A DNA stretch of 63,836 nt, filler included, from Licmophora abbreviata (lineage: Eukaryota): NCBI GenBank assembly GCA_900291995.1. It is 8 parts of 8 records of this genome, joined end to end, with 100 filler letters (N's around TTAATTAATTAA, not from the genome) between each part and the next. Parts side by side here need not be neighbours in the genome. Positions count along the whole stretch, not along the records: positions 1 to 24,013 come from OLMU01000932.1; 7 more parts are not named here. One strand, written 5' to 3'. The stretch's first letter is position 1, and each line of letters starts with the position of its first letter. The notes beneath the pieces are model-generated. The model did no database searches. It had not been told where the DNA came from and saw nothing but the letters and a program-made list of their open reading frames with translations. The position numbers and the translations under genes were made by a program. Positions 10,754 through 22,208 of this stretch are shown here, piece after piece.

Positions 10754-13303
10754 ATGTACCTTCTTTTGAGCCTTCTGGCAAGTAAGGGTGTCCATGGCTT
10801 TGGTGACGCTTGGATATCATCACAAACTGCTTTGAGGAGTCGCCGTCAGAGGATGAGTTTGCCAATGGCAGTACCGCGCCGCAGCCGATTCGGCCCCGGA
10901 ACACCAAGAAGGAAATCAAACGCTGTATTTTTACGTCTCCAGGCAACGGCAGATCGCATGGAGGAGGATAAAACCAGAATTTACAACTTTTGGGAAGGTC
11001 CCATTACGACAATGAGTTTCAATATGGATCTACAGAATTTGGCCGAGGAAGACGCGCAGAAAGCCCAAGATGCCTTGGAAATCATGGAGGAACTATATGA
11101 GATTCACTACAGCAACGTCACGAGAGAACTGGATCTCTCCTTGTCGAGTCCTCTGTATGTCAAACCGAACGTGGCAAGCTACACAACTTGCATGGACGGT
11201 TGGCTTCATTCGGGCGACCATGATGCCGCCGCCAAGGCGCAAACATTGCTGGATCGCATGGAACGAATTTATGATAAAACCGGAGATGCGTCAATACGTC
11301 CAAATGTGGTTTCCTACATGGTTGTGTGTCAGGGCTGGGCAGAGACCTTGGACGACCAACTTACGGGTGACTCGGCGGTGCGGGCTGAATCCATCCTGGA
11401 ACGGATGAGACAACGGGGAATATTCCCCGATGTGAAATTGTACACCATGGTGTTGACAGGGTGGTGTAAACGAGCTGGTCGAGTAAGAGGAGCTATGGAA
11501 CGAGCGGAACGGATATTGACTTCAATGGAAGAGCTCTCCGAGCAACGGACATCGGATCCCGAGAGGTACATTCGACCCAACATTGTCACATACACGGCGG
11601 TGATTGGAGGACTTGCGCGTTGCAAAGAGCGGGACTTGGCAACCAGAGCGGAAGCCATATTAGATCGAATGGAGCGGAACGGTGTAGATGCTGACATGGT
11701 CGCATATACGTCAGTTCTCAATGCATGGTCCAAGGCAAGGAGTCGCAAGGAACGAGAGGTCGCAGCGAAGCGCGCAACCGCACTACTGTCGAAAATGGAA
11801 AGGCTATATGCAAACGATCAGTATCATGTCAAACCAACATTGATTACGTATAGTACTGCCATCAATGCGATTGGTAACAGTCTGGATCCGAACGGACCCG
11901 ACATGGCCGAGAAGCTCTTGAGACATATGTACGATCTGCATCACACAGGCACAATCACAGGTATCAAACCGTCTACGGCGACCTACAACGCGGTCATAAC
12001 AGCATTGGCTCGGTCCAAATCTCGTCGAAGCGCGGCGAACGCTCGCAGAGCTGAACAACTACTATCGGAAATGACAAAGCGCTCCGATAAGGGAGAAAAG
12101 GGAATAGAACCGAACGTGCGCACGTGGGGCGGCGTCATGCTGGCTTGGGACAGGAGCGGTGTACCGGACGCTGCGGAGAATGCGCAGCGAGTCTTAGATC
12201 GCTTGGAGGAACTTTACAAAAAGGGGGACTCAAATGTGACGCCAAACGTTGTGTGCTTCACGCAAGTTATGGGCGCCTGGACAAAGTCCAGCATACCCGA
12301 CTCCCTCGAGCGAGCAGAAGAACTTCTGAAGCGCATGGAAACAGAGTTTGAGACAAGTGGAGACAAGGAAGTACGTCCAAATACGATTTCATACGTCCAG
12401 TTCATCGATGGTCTGATTCGTCGCAAGGAACCTGAGGCAGCAGAATGGGCGCAACGAACCGTTGATCGGATGGTACGACTCTACGGTACCGGGCTTGGGT
12501 ACACTCGACCTAGCAGACTGGTTTTCAATACTCTGATCAACGCGTACTCAAGGTCTGGTAAGCCGAACGCAGCACAAAAGGCCGAAGAGATTCTTCAGTG
12601 GATGGAGTTGCAGTATCGGAATAGAGGCGACGACTATGTCAAGCCCGACGAAGTGACATTCTGCGGAGTTCTCAACGCGTGGGCAAACCAGGCGAAGGAT
12701 GGAGGGGCACACCGAGCTCAGCAGATACTGGATCACATGGAGTCCTTGACACCACAACAACGAGGCTTTCATAGTACTGTGGTCAGTCACAACATCGTCA
12801 TCAAAGCATGGGCGCGGAGCGATGAGGCTGATGCAATTGAGCGATCAGTGCGTATACTGGAGAGACTCGAGGAGCGTGGAGATCCCAACCCCGATACGAC
12901 CACGTACAGCTCGGTGATCAACTGTTGTGCTTACTACGCGGGCCCACCGAAAGGAAGACAGCACGCGTTCGATGTGGCGATGAGCACTTTTCGCAAACTA
13001 ACGGACTCAAAAGACGACCAAACAAACCACGTCGCATACGGAACACTGCTAAAGGCCGTGTCAAAGCTTGTCGAATCACGAGATGAGCGGGACCGAATCA
13101 TTCGAAAGGTGTTTGCTCAAGCGTGCGGTGACGGCCAGGTCGAAGCGTTCGTCTTATCCCAGGTCCGAAATGGTAGTTCCGGTCACGTCTTTGACGAGCT
13201 TGTATTAAAGCCGATTGGCCTTGCTAAGACGAGAAAAGGAAAAGGCATTCACTCAATACAGCAAAAGATCCCTACCAAGTGGTCGCGAAATGTCATCGAC
13301 TAA
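10754..13303 (+). CDS. Pentatricopeptide-repeat (PPR) protein, probably plastid-targeted
   Basis: Many helical repeats of the form PN..(S/T)Y..V..AW.....A..AE.LL..M. Likely start MYLLLSLLASKGVHG-F (signal peptide followed by Phe). The ORF is open from 10652. Confidence 0.85.
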   Translation: MYLLLSLLASKGVHGFGDAWISSQTALRSRRQRMSLPMAVPRRSRFGPGTPRRKSNAVFLRLQATADRMEEDKTRIYNFWEGPITTMSFNMDLQNLAEEDAQKAQDALEIMEELYEIHYSNVTRELDLSLSSPLYVKPNVASYTTCMDGWLHSGDHDAAAKAQTLLDRMERIYDKTGDASIRPNVVSYMVVCQGWAETLDDQLTGDSAVRAESILERMRQRGIFPDVKLYTMVLTGWCKRAGRVRGAMERAERILTSMEELSEQRTSDPERYIRPNIVTYTAVIGGLARCKERDLATRAEAILDRMERNGVDADMVAYTSVLNAWSKARSRKEREVAAKRATALLSKMERLYANDQYHVKPTLITYSTAINAIGNSLDPNGPDMAEKLLRHMYDLHHTGTITGIKPSTATYNAVITALARSKSRRSAANARRAEQLLSEMTKRSDKGEKGIEPNVRTWGGVMLAWDRSGVPDAAENAQRVLDRLEELYKKGDSNVTPNVVCFTQVMGAWTKSSIPDSLERAEELLKRMETEFETSGDKEVRPNTISYVQFIDGLIRRKEPEAAEWAQRTVDRMVRLYGTGLGYTRPSRLVFNTLINAYSRSGKPNAAQKAEEILQWMELQYRNRGDDYVKPDEVTFCGVLNAWANQAKDGGAHRAQQILDHMESLTPQQRGFHSTVVSHNIVIKAWARSDEADAIERSVRILERLEERGDPNPDTTTYSSVINCCAYYAGPPKGRQHAFDVAMSTFRKLTDSKDDQTNHVAYGTLLKAVSKLVESRDERDRIIRKVFAQACGDGQVEAFVLSQVRNGSSGHVFDELVLKPIGLAKTRKGKGIHSIQQKIPTKWSRNVID

Positions 13304-13381
13304 GCGATGCTATAGTTGCATAGCTACAATCTAGTAAAGCGCCGGTTACTACCAAGACCACACGTGCTATGACTGCGCGTT

Positions 13382-14623
13382 CTAGTCTTTCACCATGGTT
13401 TGAATATGCAACCGAAGCCGATCGCGAAGTTCCTGTTTGCTCCCTCCCACCTTGAGCCCTTGCTCGCGCAGGATCTCTTTTAGCCTTTTGACAGTGAGCG
13501 CCTCAATCGGGTCCGACTCGGTCGTTTGTTCGATGGTAGTAGTAGGAGTGACGCAATCTTTCAACGGAGCCGGTATCCTATTGCTGTCCTGCCGTTGCGT
13601 TGGATCTCTTGTTTCAACCGATTTCGCGAATGTTCCATTTTTTGTCTCGAGAGAGTCCAGCTCATCATCGACCACTGGGACCGTTTGCTTGGTCCAAGGA
13701 GAGCTAGTGTCAAGAAAGGGTATCATGGGCGGCGCAGATGCCGCGTCGCGCAGGAGTTCGTCTTTTCCAATAGTCTCACCCAATCGATTGAATGGGACTG
13801 CCTCTCCTTGATCGTTTATAGTAAACTCAGTGCCATCGCTTTGCTGGGTTACTTCTTCCATATATCCCGACTTGCTGAGTTGATCCATGGTACTGCGGGT
13901 CATGTTGAGACCGCTGCTAAACATGGTCTTGTCCACCATGGACATGTTGATATTGTCAATGTCCACTCCCAAACTGGCAGCATACTGCCTGACATTCAGC
14001 TCTTCCGGCTCTTCGTAGTGCCGTTCCGAAACTTCCTCGTCATCGTCCGGATAGACGCCCTTCCAGTCGTAATCGACAATATCAAAGTCATCCCTTGGGC
14101 CTCGAATGCTCTTTTCAATCGTCACCGTGACTTTTCGTGGCTTATTCTTGTCTTGGTCGTCTTCGCTATCCGAAATGACCCAAAACGTCCCATCCAGTTG
14201 TACATTCCCTCGCAGCTTTCGAGTCTTATCCAATACAATAAGTTCCTCGGCGTTCTCTTCCTCCAATGTGGTCGTTGTCGGTTTTGATATCAATCTCAAG
14301 TCGATGGACTGCGGCAAGGCTTGGAAGGATATATCTTTCGCACGCGTATCGGGTGGAACTTCCACTGTAACTTCAATTTCAAAAGGCTCTTCGGTCCAAG
14401 TGTAGTTTCGAGCGACGCCGTATCCACCCCACAACAAGTGCGTGAAGGACGGTCGTCGTTGTGGGCGGCTGGTGCGTTTCGCCAAAGATGATGGTGAGGT
14501 GGTTCGTGTGGAGCGGAAGGACGGCGCCGATCTCGTCGTCGTGGAGAACGAAAGCAGTGCGACTGCTCTGTTCCAGGCGACGAGGTAGACTAGGACAGTA
14601 GTAACAATGCTGGCGACGTTCAT
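13382..14623 (-). CDS. CS (NudC/p23-like) domain plus C-terminal SAP domain protein with a bipartite presequence
   Basis: YTWTE...IEVTVEVP..TRAKDI...KLRGNVQLDGTFW...VTIEK (CS domain) and LTVKRLKEILREQGLKVGGSKQELRDRL (SAP). A hydrophobic signal is followed by an S/T/R-rich transit-like stretch. Confidence 0.8.
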   Translation of the reverse strand: MNVASIVTTVLVYLVAWNRAVALLSFSTTTRSAPSFRSTRTTSPSSLAKRTSRPQRRPSFTHLLWGGYGVARNYTWTEEPFEIEVTVEVPPDTRAKDISFQALPQSIDLRLISKPTTTTLEEENAEELIVLDKTRKLRGNVQLDGTFWVISDSEDDQDKNKPRKVTVTIEKSIRGPRDDFDIVDYDWKGVYPDDDEEVSERHYEEPEELNVRQYAASLGVDIDNINMSMVDKTMFSSGLNMTRSTMDQLSKSGYMEEVTQQSDGTEFTINDQGEAVPFNRLGETIGKDELLRDAASAPPMIPFLDTSSPWTKQTVPVVDDELDSLETKNGTFAKSVETRDPTQRQDSNRIPAPLKDCVTPTTTIEQTTESDPIEALTVKRLKEILREQGLKVGGSKQELRDRLRLHIQTMVKD

Positions 14624-15012
14624 TTTCGTTGGAAAGATACTCTGGAATAGATGTACTACCACACACGGTATACGAGTAGCTGTTGAACAATCGTTGCAAG
14701 AATGCAATGGTTACAGTTTCAAGTTGCGATCCTCATCAGCATTGCGACACACAGAGTTTGAGTTTTGGGTGGCTGTGCGCCAACCAGAAAAGCTGAATGC
14801 CGGATTCCTTACACATCATTGAGGACGACGAGGAGAGAGCCGAGACGCGACGACGACAGCATAGATCAACGATTCACCCTTCCTTTGTGGACTTGCTGCT
14901 ATTCTATTCCTCGTTGTGATCCCCGACAGTGATTCTGACTGACTGACGAGCTTGCTGTTCTTCCGATTGATCAAAAAAGGCTCTCTACTACTTGTAGAGA
15001 CCACCACAGCCA

Positions 15013-15054
15013 CTACACTACTACTACTACCACTACTACCACTACTACTACTAC
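15013..15054. repeat. Imperfect (CTA)n microsatellite just upstream of the TAF7 start
   Basis: ctacactactactactaccactactaccactactactactac is directly visible. Confidence 0.85.
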
Positions 15055-15067
15055 TTCTAGTACAAGC

Positions 15068-16192
15068 ATGAGCGACATTCGAGTCCGCGATCGATTGCAC
15101 ACGCTAGTCTTGCGTGTACTCGTGCCTTCCTTGGAAGTTCGTCTTCGCGACAAGATGAAAGACGCCGAAGACTTGGCTTCGACTCGTTTCCGGGCCGCCA
15201 CGCCGACGCCTGGTGTCGATAGTGCCGCAGCTACTGCTAGCACTACCAACACTGCAGCCGCCGTCAAGGAGGCTCTGATTGATTTGGAGGGCGTCACGTG
15301 TGAACCCGCCGTGGATGGATCGACCTTGTGGAATTTCCGATGCGATGGAGCGTCGTATCCAGCGCGCCTGGTCAACTTGCCATGTCCCGTCGAACTCCAC
15401 AAGACGCATGATCATGCCATGTACTACAAGTGTGTGGATATTGCTCAAATGCTTCTCGTCTATGAGGATCAAATGGCGCTGGAAGAGGCCGAGGCGGTGC
15501 CGGGATACAAGCTCCATGACTTTCCTTCCTACTACCCTCATGGTATCACTGCTCCGATGAAGAAGGTTGTGGAGCGGCGCTTTGCAAAACGTGAGCACGG
15601 GGCGGCGGCGCCACCTCGAGCGGAAGTGGCAAATGTAGAGTACGAACTGCAGGAAATCATGGATCGCATTAGCAAGAGCAACGCGTCCAAGGGCAGGAGT
15701 GGTAGAAACAAACCGTCGGCTCAGCCCACGACTTCTACCAAAGTCATGGAAGAAGTTGTGGAGGATATTGTGGATTATGCGCCCTGGATGGATGATTATG
15801 GGCGTCAGCCGTTCGGTATCGAATTTGACGATCAAGATCCGCGTTGCACCAAGCATCCCGAACTGTGGTTGGATCCGGAGGAGATTGCGAGAATCACATT
15901 GACAGAAACAGAAAGAGCGGAAGCAAAGTCAGCCAAGAAGAAAAAGAAAAAGAAGAAACTAGCCGAGGCCGCTGCTGCCGCCGACACGGGCCCCTCCGTC
16001 AAGAAAGGCATTCCCGCCAAGAAGAAGGTGGCCGAAGTGGATGATATCACGCAGGCTGCTTCGCATATGTCGCAGAACCTGAACGACGTTGACTTTCTAG
16101 GTGCTGAACTGGACGATGATTTCTTCAACTTTGACGGCGACGACGCGCTTGCAGGAATCAACTTCGACGGGGACGATGTCCTGGCGGAATAG
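15068..16192 (+). CDS. TAF7: TFIID subunit TAF7 (TAFII55 N-terminal domain)
   Basis: YPARLVNLPCPVELHKT.D...YYKCVDIAQML...YPHGITAPMKKVVERRF...VANVE.EL matches TAF7. Poly-K NLS and acidic tail. Confidence 0.9.
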   Translation: MSDIRVRDRLHTLVLRVLVPSLEVRLRDKMKDAEDLASTRFRAATPTPGVDSAAATASTTNTAAAVKEALIDLEGVTCEPAVDGSTLWNFRCDGASYPARLVNLPCPVELHKTHDHAMYYKCVDIAQMLLVYEDQMALEEAEAVPGYKLHDFPSYYPHGITAPMKKVVERRFAKREHGAAAPPRAEVANVEYELQEIMDRISKSNASKGRSGRNKPSAQPTTSTKVMEEVVEDIVDYAPWMDDYGRQPFGIEFDDQDPRCTKHPELWLDPEEIARITLTETERAEAKSAKKKKKKKKLAEAAAAADTGPSVKKGIPAKKKVAEVDDITQAASHMSQNLNDVDFLGAELDDDFFNFDGDDALAGINFDGDDVLAE

Positions 16193-16292
16193 CAGCAACC
16201 ATATACCTTTGCGCGTCTACTCTGGATGCGTCGTGGTCATATCTACGCATTACATTGTGCTACTTCAGTGCTTCTGGTGGCTTGAACGTCTT

Positions 16293-17986
16293 CTAGCTCT
16301 GGATCATTGGAGTGCGACGTGAGATTTCGTGGAGAAACTGGACCAGCCACGATTTCATGCTCTGCTCCGAATCTGTCGTGTACGAACTGATGTCAAGACT
16401 GCTCCCGTCGGCGGTCACAAACAACTCCTCTTGGATGTCATAGGCGCTAAAGTCACGGTCAGTTTGATGCTCAATAGACTCTTCCGAGGTGACGGTGACG
16501 ACTTCAATGTCTCCCGATGACGCAGTGTGGAAGCTACCAGGGCTGCCATCAACGTCGTCGAGATGTTTCGCGAAGTCAATGGCACTCTGTTCAATACCGG
16601 TAGTGTCCGAGTCGAGTTGCCAGACGGACAGCATCGGGTCGTCGTCTTTTGGGATTTCAGCGCTTTCTCTTTCATGGAGAACTGGTCCATCGAGTTGTTC
16701 GGAGGCCGACCTGTCGTCGGCTCTCTCTTCCGCCGATGCATCGAGGCGCCAAAACGAAAGCATGGACTGGTGATCTAGCTCACGAACTGTGCCGCTGCTG
16801 TCTTCCTTCGACTCGACGTCCGAATCCTTCCGTGAGATTGGTGTCACCGGTTCGTCTTCGCACGACTCTTCGTCAATCTTCGCTAGCTTGCTTGGTGTCA
16901 TGCTTCGGACGGATGATCCAGACTCGGACGTGATGTCAGACACGCTCCATGTGTTGGACGGCTCCTCGGAGTCGAAGGCAACGTGAAACAGGCCTGGGTC
17001 ATCGTCCATCATGCGATCAAAGGCTTCCACTCGTTTGATCCCCAGCGGAGAAGGTGTGGCGACGTCGGCGCTACGTCGAGGCAGCGAATCCACGGACTTG
17101 CTTGTCTGCCGCCGAACCGTACCGCAAGTCATAATGGCCACAAGCAAGACAAAGATACCGGCTGCGGAAGAGGCGACTATTGTCATGCCCGATCGACTTT
17201 TAGAATCGGTCACGTCGGATACCGACACAAACAAGCTATCTTGAATCGAGATAATGAGTCTTGCAGAGTGAACGTCTGGAGCAAACAATTGAAGAAACGA
17301 TACATCCTCAAGTGCAGTATTGATGGCCTTGTACGCAGTTGAATTGACTTCTTTAGCATCGTCGTCGAGAGCAATTTTGGATGTCCCGATGACAACGTGG
17401 CATGCATTGCGCTCGTCGAGGGGGTGGCATTCTTCAAAGAGTTCAGAACGCGACATGCATAGTTAGCTTGCGGGCACTCTCTAGCGAGAGAAATTTAGTG
17501 GTCATTCGGCGTATCACGTGTCTCACCTTCTTCGGACTCGACATGCTTTGCAGAAATGTCGACCCCGTACTTCGCTCTTCCTTGACCGTCGCATTCGCTG
17601 AACGCCGAAACGAGTTCATGTACGATTGCGTCCTGTACGCCTTCCACACTGAACACTCCAGTCTCGACAACTTCTACAGAGTAAAGATATGTAAGCTCGA
17701 GTTTGGCCCGGAACGGCTCCACTCTAATCTCGTTGCAATCGCTGTGAGCAATGGACGTGCTAGGAAGTAGTAGGCGTGTGTCACTGCTAGTCAAAATTGA
17801 CGCCTCGGTAATGCCAAGAACTTTCGGGCAGACCTGCCACATCGCTTTCGTTGTCGCCTCTATCGTAGCATACAGGCTCACGAGCAGGATGGACGCCCAC
17901 ATTACCACAGAATATACACCTCCATTGGGACGGTGGTATGCGCCGACGGAGGTAGCCGACCGCTCCATTGTGAGTCCGCTCAAAGC
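16293..17986 (-). CDS. Uncharacterised single-pass membrane protein (Cys-containing ectodomain, TM, acidic Ser-rich tail); probable intron 17526-17432; start uncertain
   Basis: ORFs 17495-18037 and 16293-17456 join in frame via GT-AG with a CTAAC branch point. Signal-like MWASILLVSLYATIEA and TM IVASSAAGIFVLLVAIMTCG followed by RR. Confidence 0.6.
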
Positions 17987-18433
17987 CATGATGGAGATGA
18001 TGATGAGAGCCACAGCGACGGTATCGTTTGAATCCAATCATTTGTGATTGGAGCGCGTCAGATCCCATACCTGGATGAGTTTGAATCGAGAGCTTGAAGC
18101 TTTCGTGCAACCCGACCATGTGCTTCAATCGAAATGTGGATGTACTCGGGTCGGAGCACCTCTATTGCTATTTTAAGTAGATTTGACTTGGTCGTTGCAC
18201 ACACAAAGAAAAATTGATTCTGACACAAGAGTGCACCTCTTTCACAACAGTTTTGCGAGTGGGAATCGGAAAATGGTCCAACAAGCGATAACGCAGACGG
18301 TGTAATGCTTGTCCTCACGGATGAGACGACAAGATCCATTGGCGAAAGTCACAGGCGAGCAGACTCGACTTTTGTATCGGATATCCGTAGATTCATTTTC
18401 TTATCTCTAGATGCTGTCATTTATCGTTCCCAC

Positions 18434-19243
18434 TCAGCCCGTACCAGCTATCACTTCCTCGGCTCTCCCATTATCCGGTCCCTTCAGATTCGAAGACGAC
18501 AGATCGATCGGTTCTCCAAACGTATCTTGAAATACGACTTCTTCTATGTCCAAGCGTGGCGTCGGCTGAAAAGTCGATTCATCCTCGTATTCATATCCAG
18601 TCGCGACCACAAGTGGCACCGCATATCGATCTGGAATGCGCAAGACTTCCTTGGCACGCCTCACATCGAATCCCTCCATGATGCATGTCGCTAGGCCATG
18701 ACTGGTAGCTGCCAACACATAGGTCTGTGCCAACAAGGCTGCATTTTTGTAGCTCCAAGCCTGCACCGGCTCAATGGAAGGCATAGGTTGCATTTCAGAT
18801 AGAAAAGACGTGGCTGCCTGCTTCAAAAAGGTGGCTGCGTGCCCTTCTCCCGTAAGAAAGGAGGAAACAATGGGCATGGTGGCAAGATAATTGGGATCGC
18901 GTATTTGAGAATCTCGTTCGAGCTGTTCGATGCGATCAATACGCTTGTCCAGTTCCAGATCGGCCAAGAAGACAGCCAATATGGACGCATCTCTGACTCG
19001 ATACTGATTCCCCGCTCCTAACATGGCTCTATCGGAGAGTGACGTCTTGACTGTCTCATCTTGTACGAGTATTAGCTGAGTGGGCATCAAATTGAAGGAC
19101 GAGGGCGATCGCAACGTGCTCTGCAAAATGTCTTGCACGACGGATTTCTCAATTTTCTTGTTCGCTTGAAACCGACGAGACGAGCGTCGAGCATGAGCGA
19201 TGGCTCGAAAGGCTGCTGCTGCTGCCGTCGATGCGGACTTCAT
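18434..19243 (-). CDS. Nitroreductase-family FMN oxidoreductase
   Basis: ARRSSRRF, RSPSSFNLMP, LAATSHGLATCIMEGFD and V..GY motifs. An upstream ATG at 19291 is possible. Confidence 0.88.
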   Translation of the reverse strand: MKSASTAAAAAFRAIAHARRSSRRFQANKKIEKSVVQDILQSTLRSPSSFNLMPTQLILVQDETVKTSLSDRAMLGAGNQYRVRDASILAVFLADLELDKRIDRIEQLERDSQIRDPNYLATMPIVSSFLTGEGHAATFLKQAATSFLSEMQPMPSIEPVQAWSYKNAALLAQTYVLAATSHGLATCIMEGFDVRRAKEVLRIPDRYAVPLVVATGYEYEDESTFQPTPRLDIEEVVFQDTFGEPIDLSSSNLKGPDNGRAEEVIAGTG

Positions 19244-19550
19244 GGTGCCGGTGCTGGTGCAGTTTTCAAGTTTGTGGTCTCGTCGCGACATCACGGGGCG
19301 CGCCAAAAAATGTACGAGTCGAAGAAGTCATAAGCGCGCAGTCGAATCAAAAAGCGCGCGAGAGAATCAATCGATCAATCTTCCGAGATTTCCCGCGGAG
19401 GAAAAACTTTCTGGCCATCACTTTTTCACCATCATGAGATCTTTCGTATGTAGTAGATGTGTTGGCGACGCGATGCATCACTGATTTAGATCCCTAGTTC
19501 TATCTATTCTCCCCCCTTACGAAAAGACTGGCCGTCGTCGTGTCGACAAT

Positions 19551-20277
19551 CATGTTGATTCCATCGCAGCCTCTGGCTTCCGCATCGGTGACGCGTGCTG
19601 CCATCAACGCGATCGCAGCACCGACGACGGCCGGCGCATCGTCCCTGTCCATGATGGCAGTCGGAAGTTCCTCCCTCGTGAAGTCCATGGTGACTCCATC
19701 AGCCGCGCTATCAATCGCCAGGGGCGGTGCCGAGATCTTTGCCAAGTCCAGCGGTGGTCTGGACATAGGACGTGTCCGCATGCGACTGGAAGGACTGCAG
19801 GCTTACGCCACGCTCTGTGCACTCCTCACCAACGCGTGTCTACGACTGTACTCTTCTGTCAAGGTACCGCGAGCTGAAAAGGAAAAAGAAGATCCCTGGG
19901 CTAGGCGCGCCCTTGATGCCTTCCTGCTTTGCATTGTCGTCTCAGTCCTCTTTGGATCCTACACGACCATCGTCTTCAGCTTGCTCGCTCTATACTCTAA
20001 AACAGCACTCGGACGAGGGTACGACCAACAGTTTCTCGAATTCTTTGCTGCTACATCCGAACTACGAGAGAGTGGATTCAGATCCTTCCTCTATTCCCTG
20101 CTCTCCTTCGAAACTGCCTTTATCCTCTCGCTCGTCCTTCGATTCGACGGTTCGCGTCGAAGGAAGTTGGTCTTTGCCGCCTGCCTCATTTCGAGTTTGT
20201 CCGTCTGGCGATGGTCCACCATCATGCATCTCGCTGGGAAGCATTTGTTTACGCTCAAGGCAGAGATTCAATATTAG
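19551..20277 (+). CDS. Uncharacterised membrane protein with about 4 TM helices
   Basis: Long ORF with an A/S-rich N-terminus and four hydrophobic segments. Confidence 0.65.
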
Positions 20278-20334
20278 TAGTCAAGATGGCAAAAAGTAGA
20301 GTAGAGAGTGTTGGCGCTATTTTTTTGTCTACTA

Positions 20335-21360
20335 TTAGCCCCTTTGTAAAAGCAGTCTTGTAGCCGTAACAGCCCAACAAATGTATGCAATGGCTGTTTC
20401 GTCCACCGAAGATGGCAGAAAGGTCAAGATCCACCCAACGATCAGCAACGATACCGCCCCCACTTGTAGTATTATGAACCACTCGTGGTGCGGATGGGCT
20501 TCCCCCGAAAAGTTGAAGATGAGACAGGTCGCAGCCAGCACGGCACTCGCAGTCCCTTGCACCGTACGAATAGTGCATGACTTGTTTCGACCCAAAGGCA
20601 GATTCGTAGAGGCTGTGAACTCCCATTTCCCAAACAATCCCCTTGCGAAAACAGTCGTCAGTCGATTTGATGCCGCCATCGCGTTTGTCCCAGCAGTCGC
20701 AGCTTCGGAGGTCTCGAACGAGCCTGCGCCTTGCAATGATATTGACAAACCTTCGAGTTCTTGTTGAAACTTTTCATATCCCTCGTTGGATACTCTGTGT
20801 CGGTCAAGGTTGGACGTCGTGCTGCCTAGTGCACGTCGTCGGGCGCTCCCACAATCGCCGCCGTATGTAATTCTTGAAGACGATCGATTGCTCAAATTAC
20901 ACCTAGTAGGGGTCACCGAACCTTCTCCAGAGGAGGCAGTGGATGAGGGAGACATCATTAAGGACGGTAGCTCGTCGTTGGCATCGGGGGCCTGCTTGAC
21001 AGGACTGATGTAAGAAGTATCTTCCTCAATGTCGCCGGTGAGTGGTGACGACGACTTTGACAGTATCTTGTGGGTAAAGTCCATAGTGCCCGTCACGTCC
21101 AATTCCATTCCATCGATCTCTCGTCGTATGTCGTCCTCCACCTTGTGAAGCTGTTGCAGCTCCCCATCAATACTACAATCGTCATCGTCGCTGGTCAATT
21201 CGAAACCAGAGTCGCAAATATTTTGGTGGAGAAAGGATTCCAGCTGACTGGCGGCTTCGGACGCAGCTTGACGAGCCTTCTCGATAGATCGATACTTTGA
21301 ATCCGCATCGGCGTTGTTTTTGTGTGGCATCATGGACTGAGAGGAAGGCATCAACGACAT
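20335..21360 (-). CDS. Uncharacterised protein, Ser-rich with short coiled coils and C-terminal TM segments
   Basis: 377-codon open frame with ATG at 21360 and two to three C-terminal hydrophobic stretches. Confidence 0.55.
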   Translation of the reverse strand: MSLMPSSQSMMPHKNNADADSKYRSIEKARQAASEAASQLESFLHQNICDSGFELTSDDDDCSIDGELQQLHKVEDDIRREIDGMELDVTGTMDFTHKILSKSSSPLTGDIEEDTSYISPVKQAPDANDELPSLMMSPSSTASSGEGSVTPTRCNLSNRSSSRITYGGDCGSARRRALGSTTSNLDRHRVSNEGYEKFQQELEGLSISLQGAGSFETSEAATAGTNAMAASNRLTTVFARGLFGKWEFTASTNLPLGRNKSCTIRTVQGTASAVLAATCLIFNFSGEAHPHHEWFIILQVGAVSLLIVGWILTFLPSSVDETAIAYICWAVTATRLLLQRG

Positions 21361-22208
21361 GGCTAGCTGTAGACAACCTCGTCGTTGTTGATTCGGAATC
21401 GAACAAATCGGTACTGGCCTACTCGTATTACTTTGAGATACGCGAATTGCGGTTTGGTTCAGTTCCAAATAACAGAACCACCTGATTTCCTACTTCACAG
21501 TCTCGAAGCGAAGAGTGGAGTCCTCGACTGTTAATCTAGGACCAGTCGATGGGCAAGATCGTTACGGCATGCTCGTGTGATGTGTTGCTCCATCACACGC
21601 ACGCAAACAACGACGTCGATGCTGTGAATGGCTGAGGTATCCTGATGGTTGAAACCTGACGTGAAATTGATGCTGTGAGGATGTGAGATGCGGTGCCGGT
21701 AGGCGCGCAAATTTGAAACGACAATCGTCAACGAATAGACTAATTCTACGCACGCCCTGGTACTTGGTCACCAAATTTTCAAATTTCGAATCAATCAATC
21801 GGATGCCGTGCGATACCGGTAGAGCCATGAGCCCCTGCCGTTTCTCGTTGCATGATGGAAGCGCACGGTACCTGGTATCTCGAGTACCTGGTACCAGGTC
21901 TAATGTCGATACGAACTGCGTCATACAGTTGACTGGTGACTCTACCGACTGCGGGTACAGTATTGGTAGCTACACATTGTAAAGCATCATGATATTTGGT
22001 ATAGCTATGATCAATTCCCACATGGATCAAACGTATCGTGCCCGTAACATCATTCCCACATTTCAAATTTCGGCTATGATCGCAAAACTCTGAACGGTTC
22101 GGGAGGCTTGCAGCAGAGATAAACGGAGTACAAACAGAGACAAGGAACAAGACGACGACGCCGAGATTTCGGCGGCTGCCGTATGAGGTCGAGAGCAAAC
22201 GCCACCTA

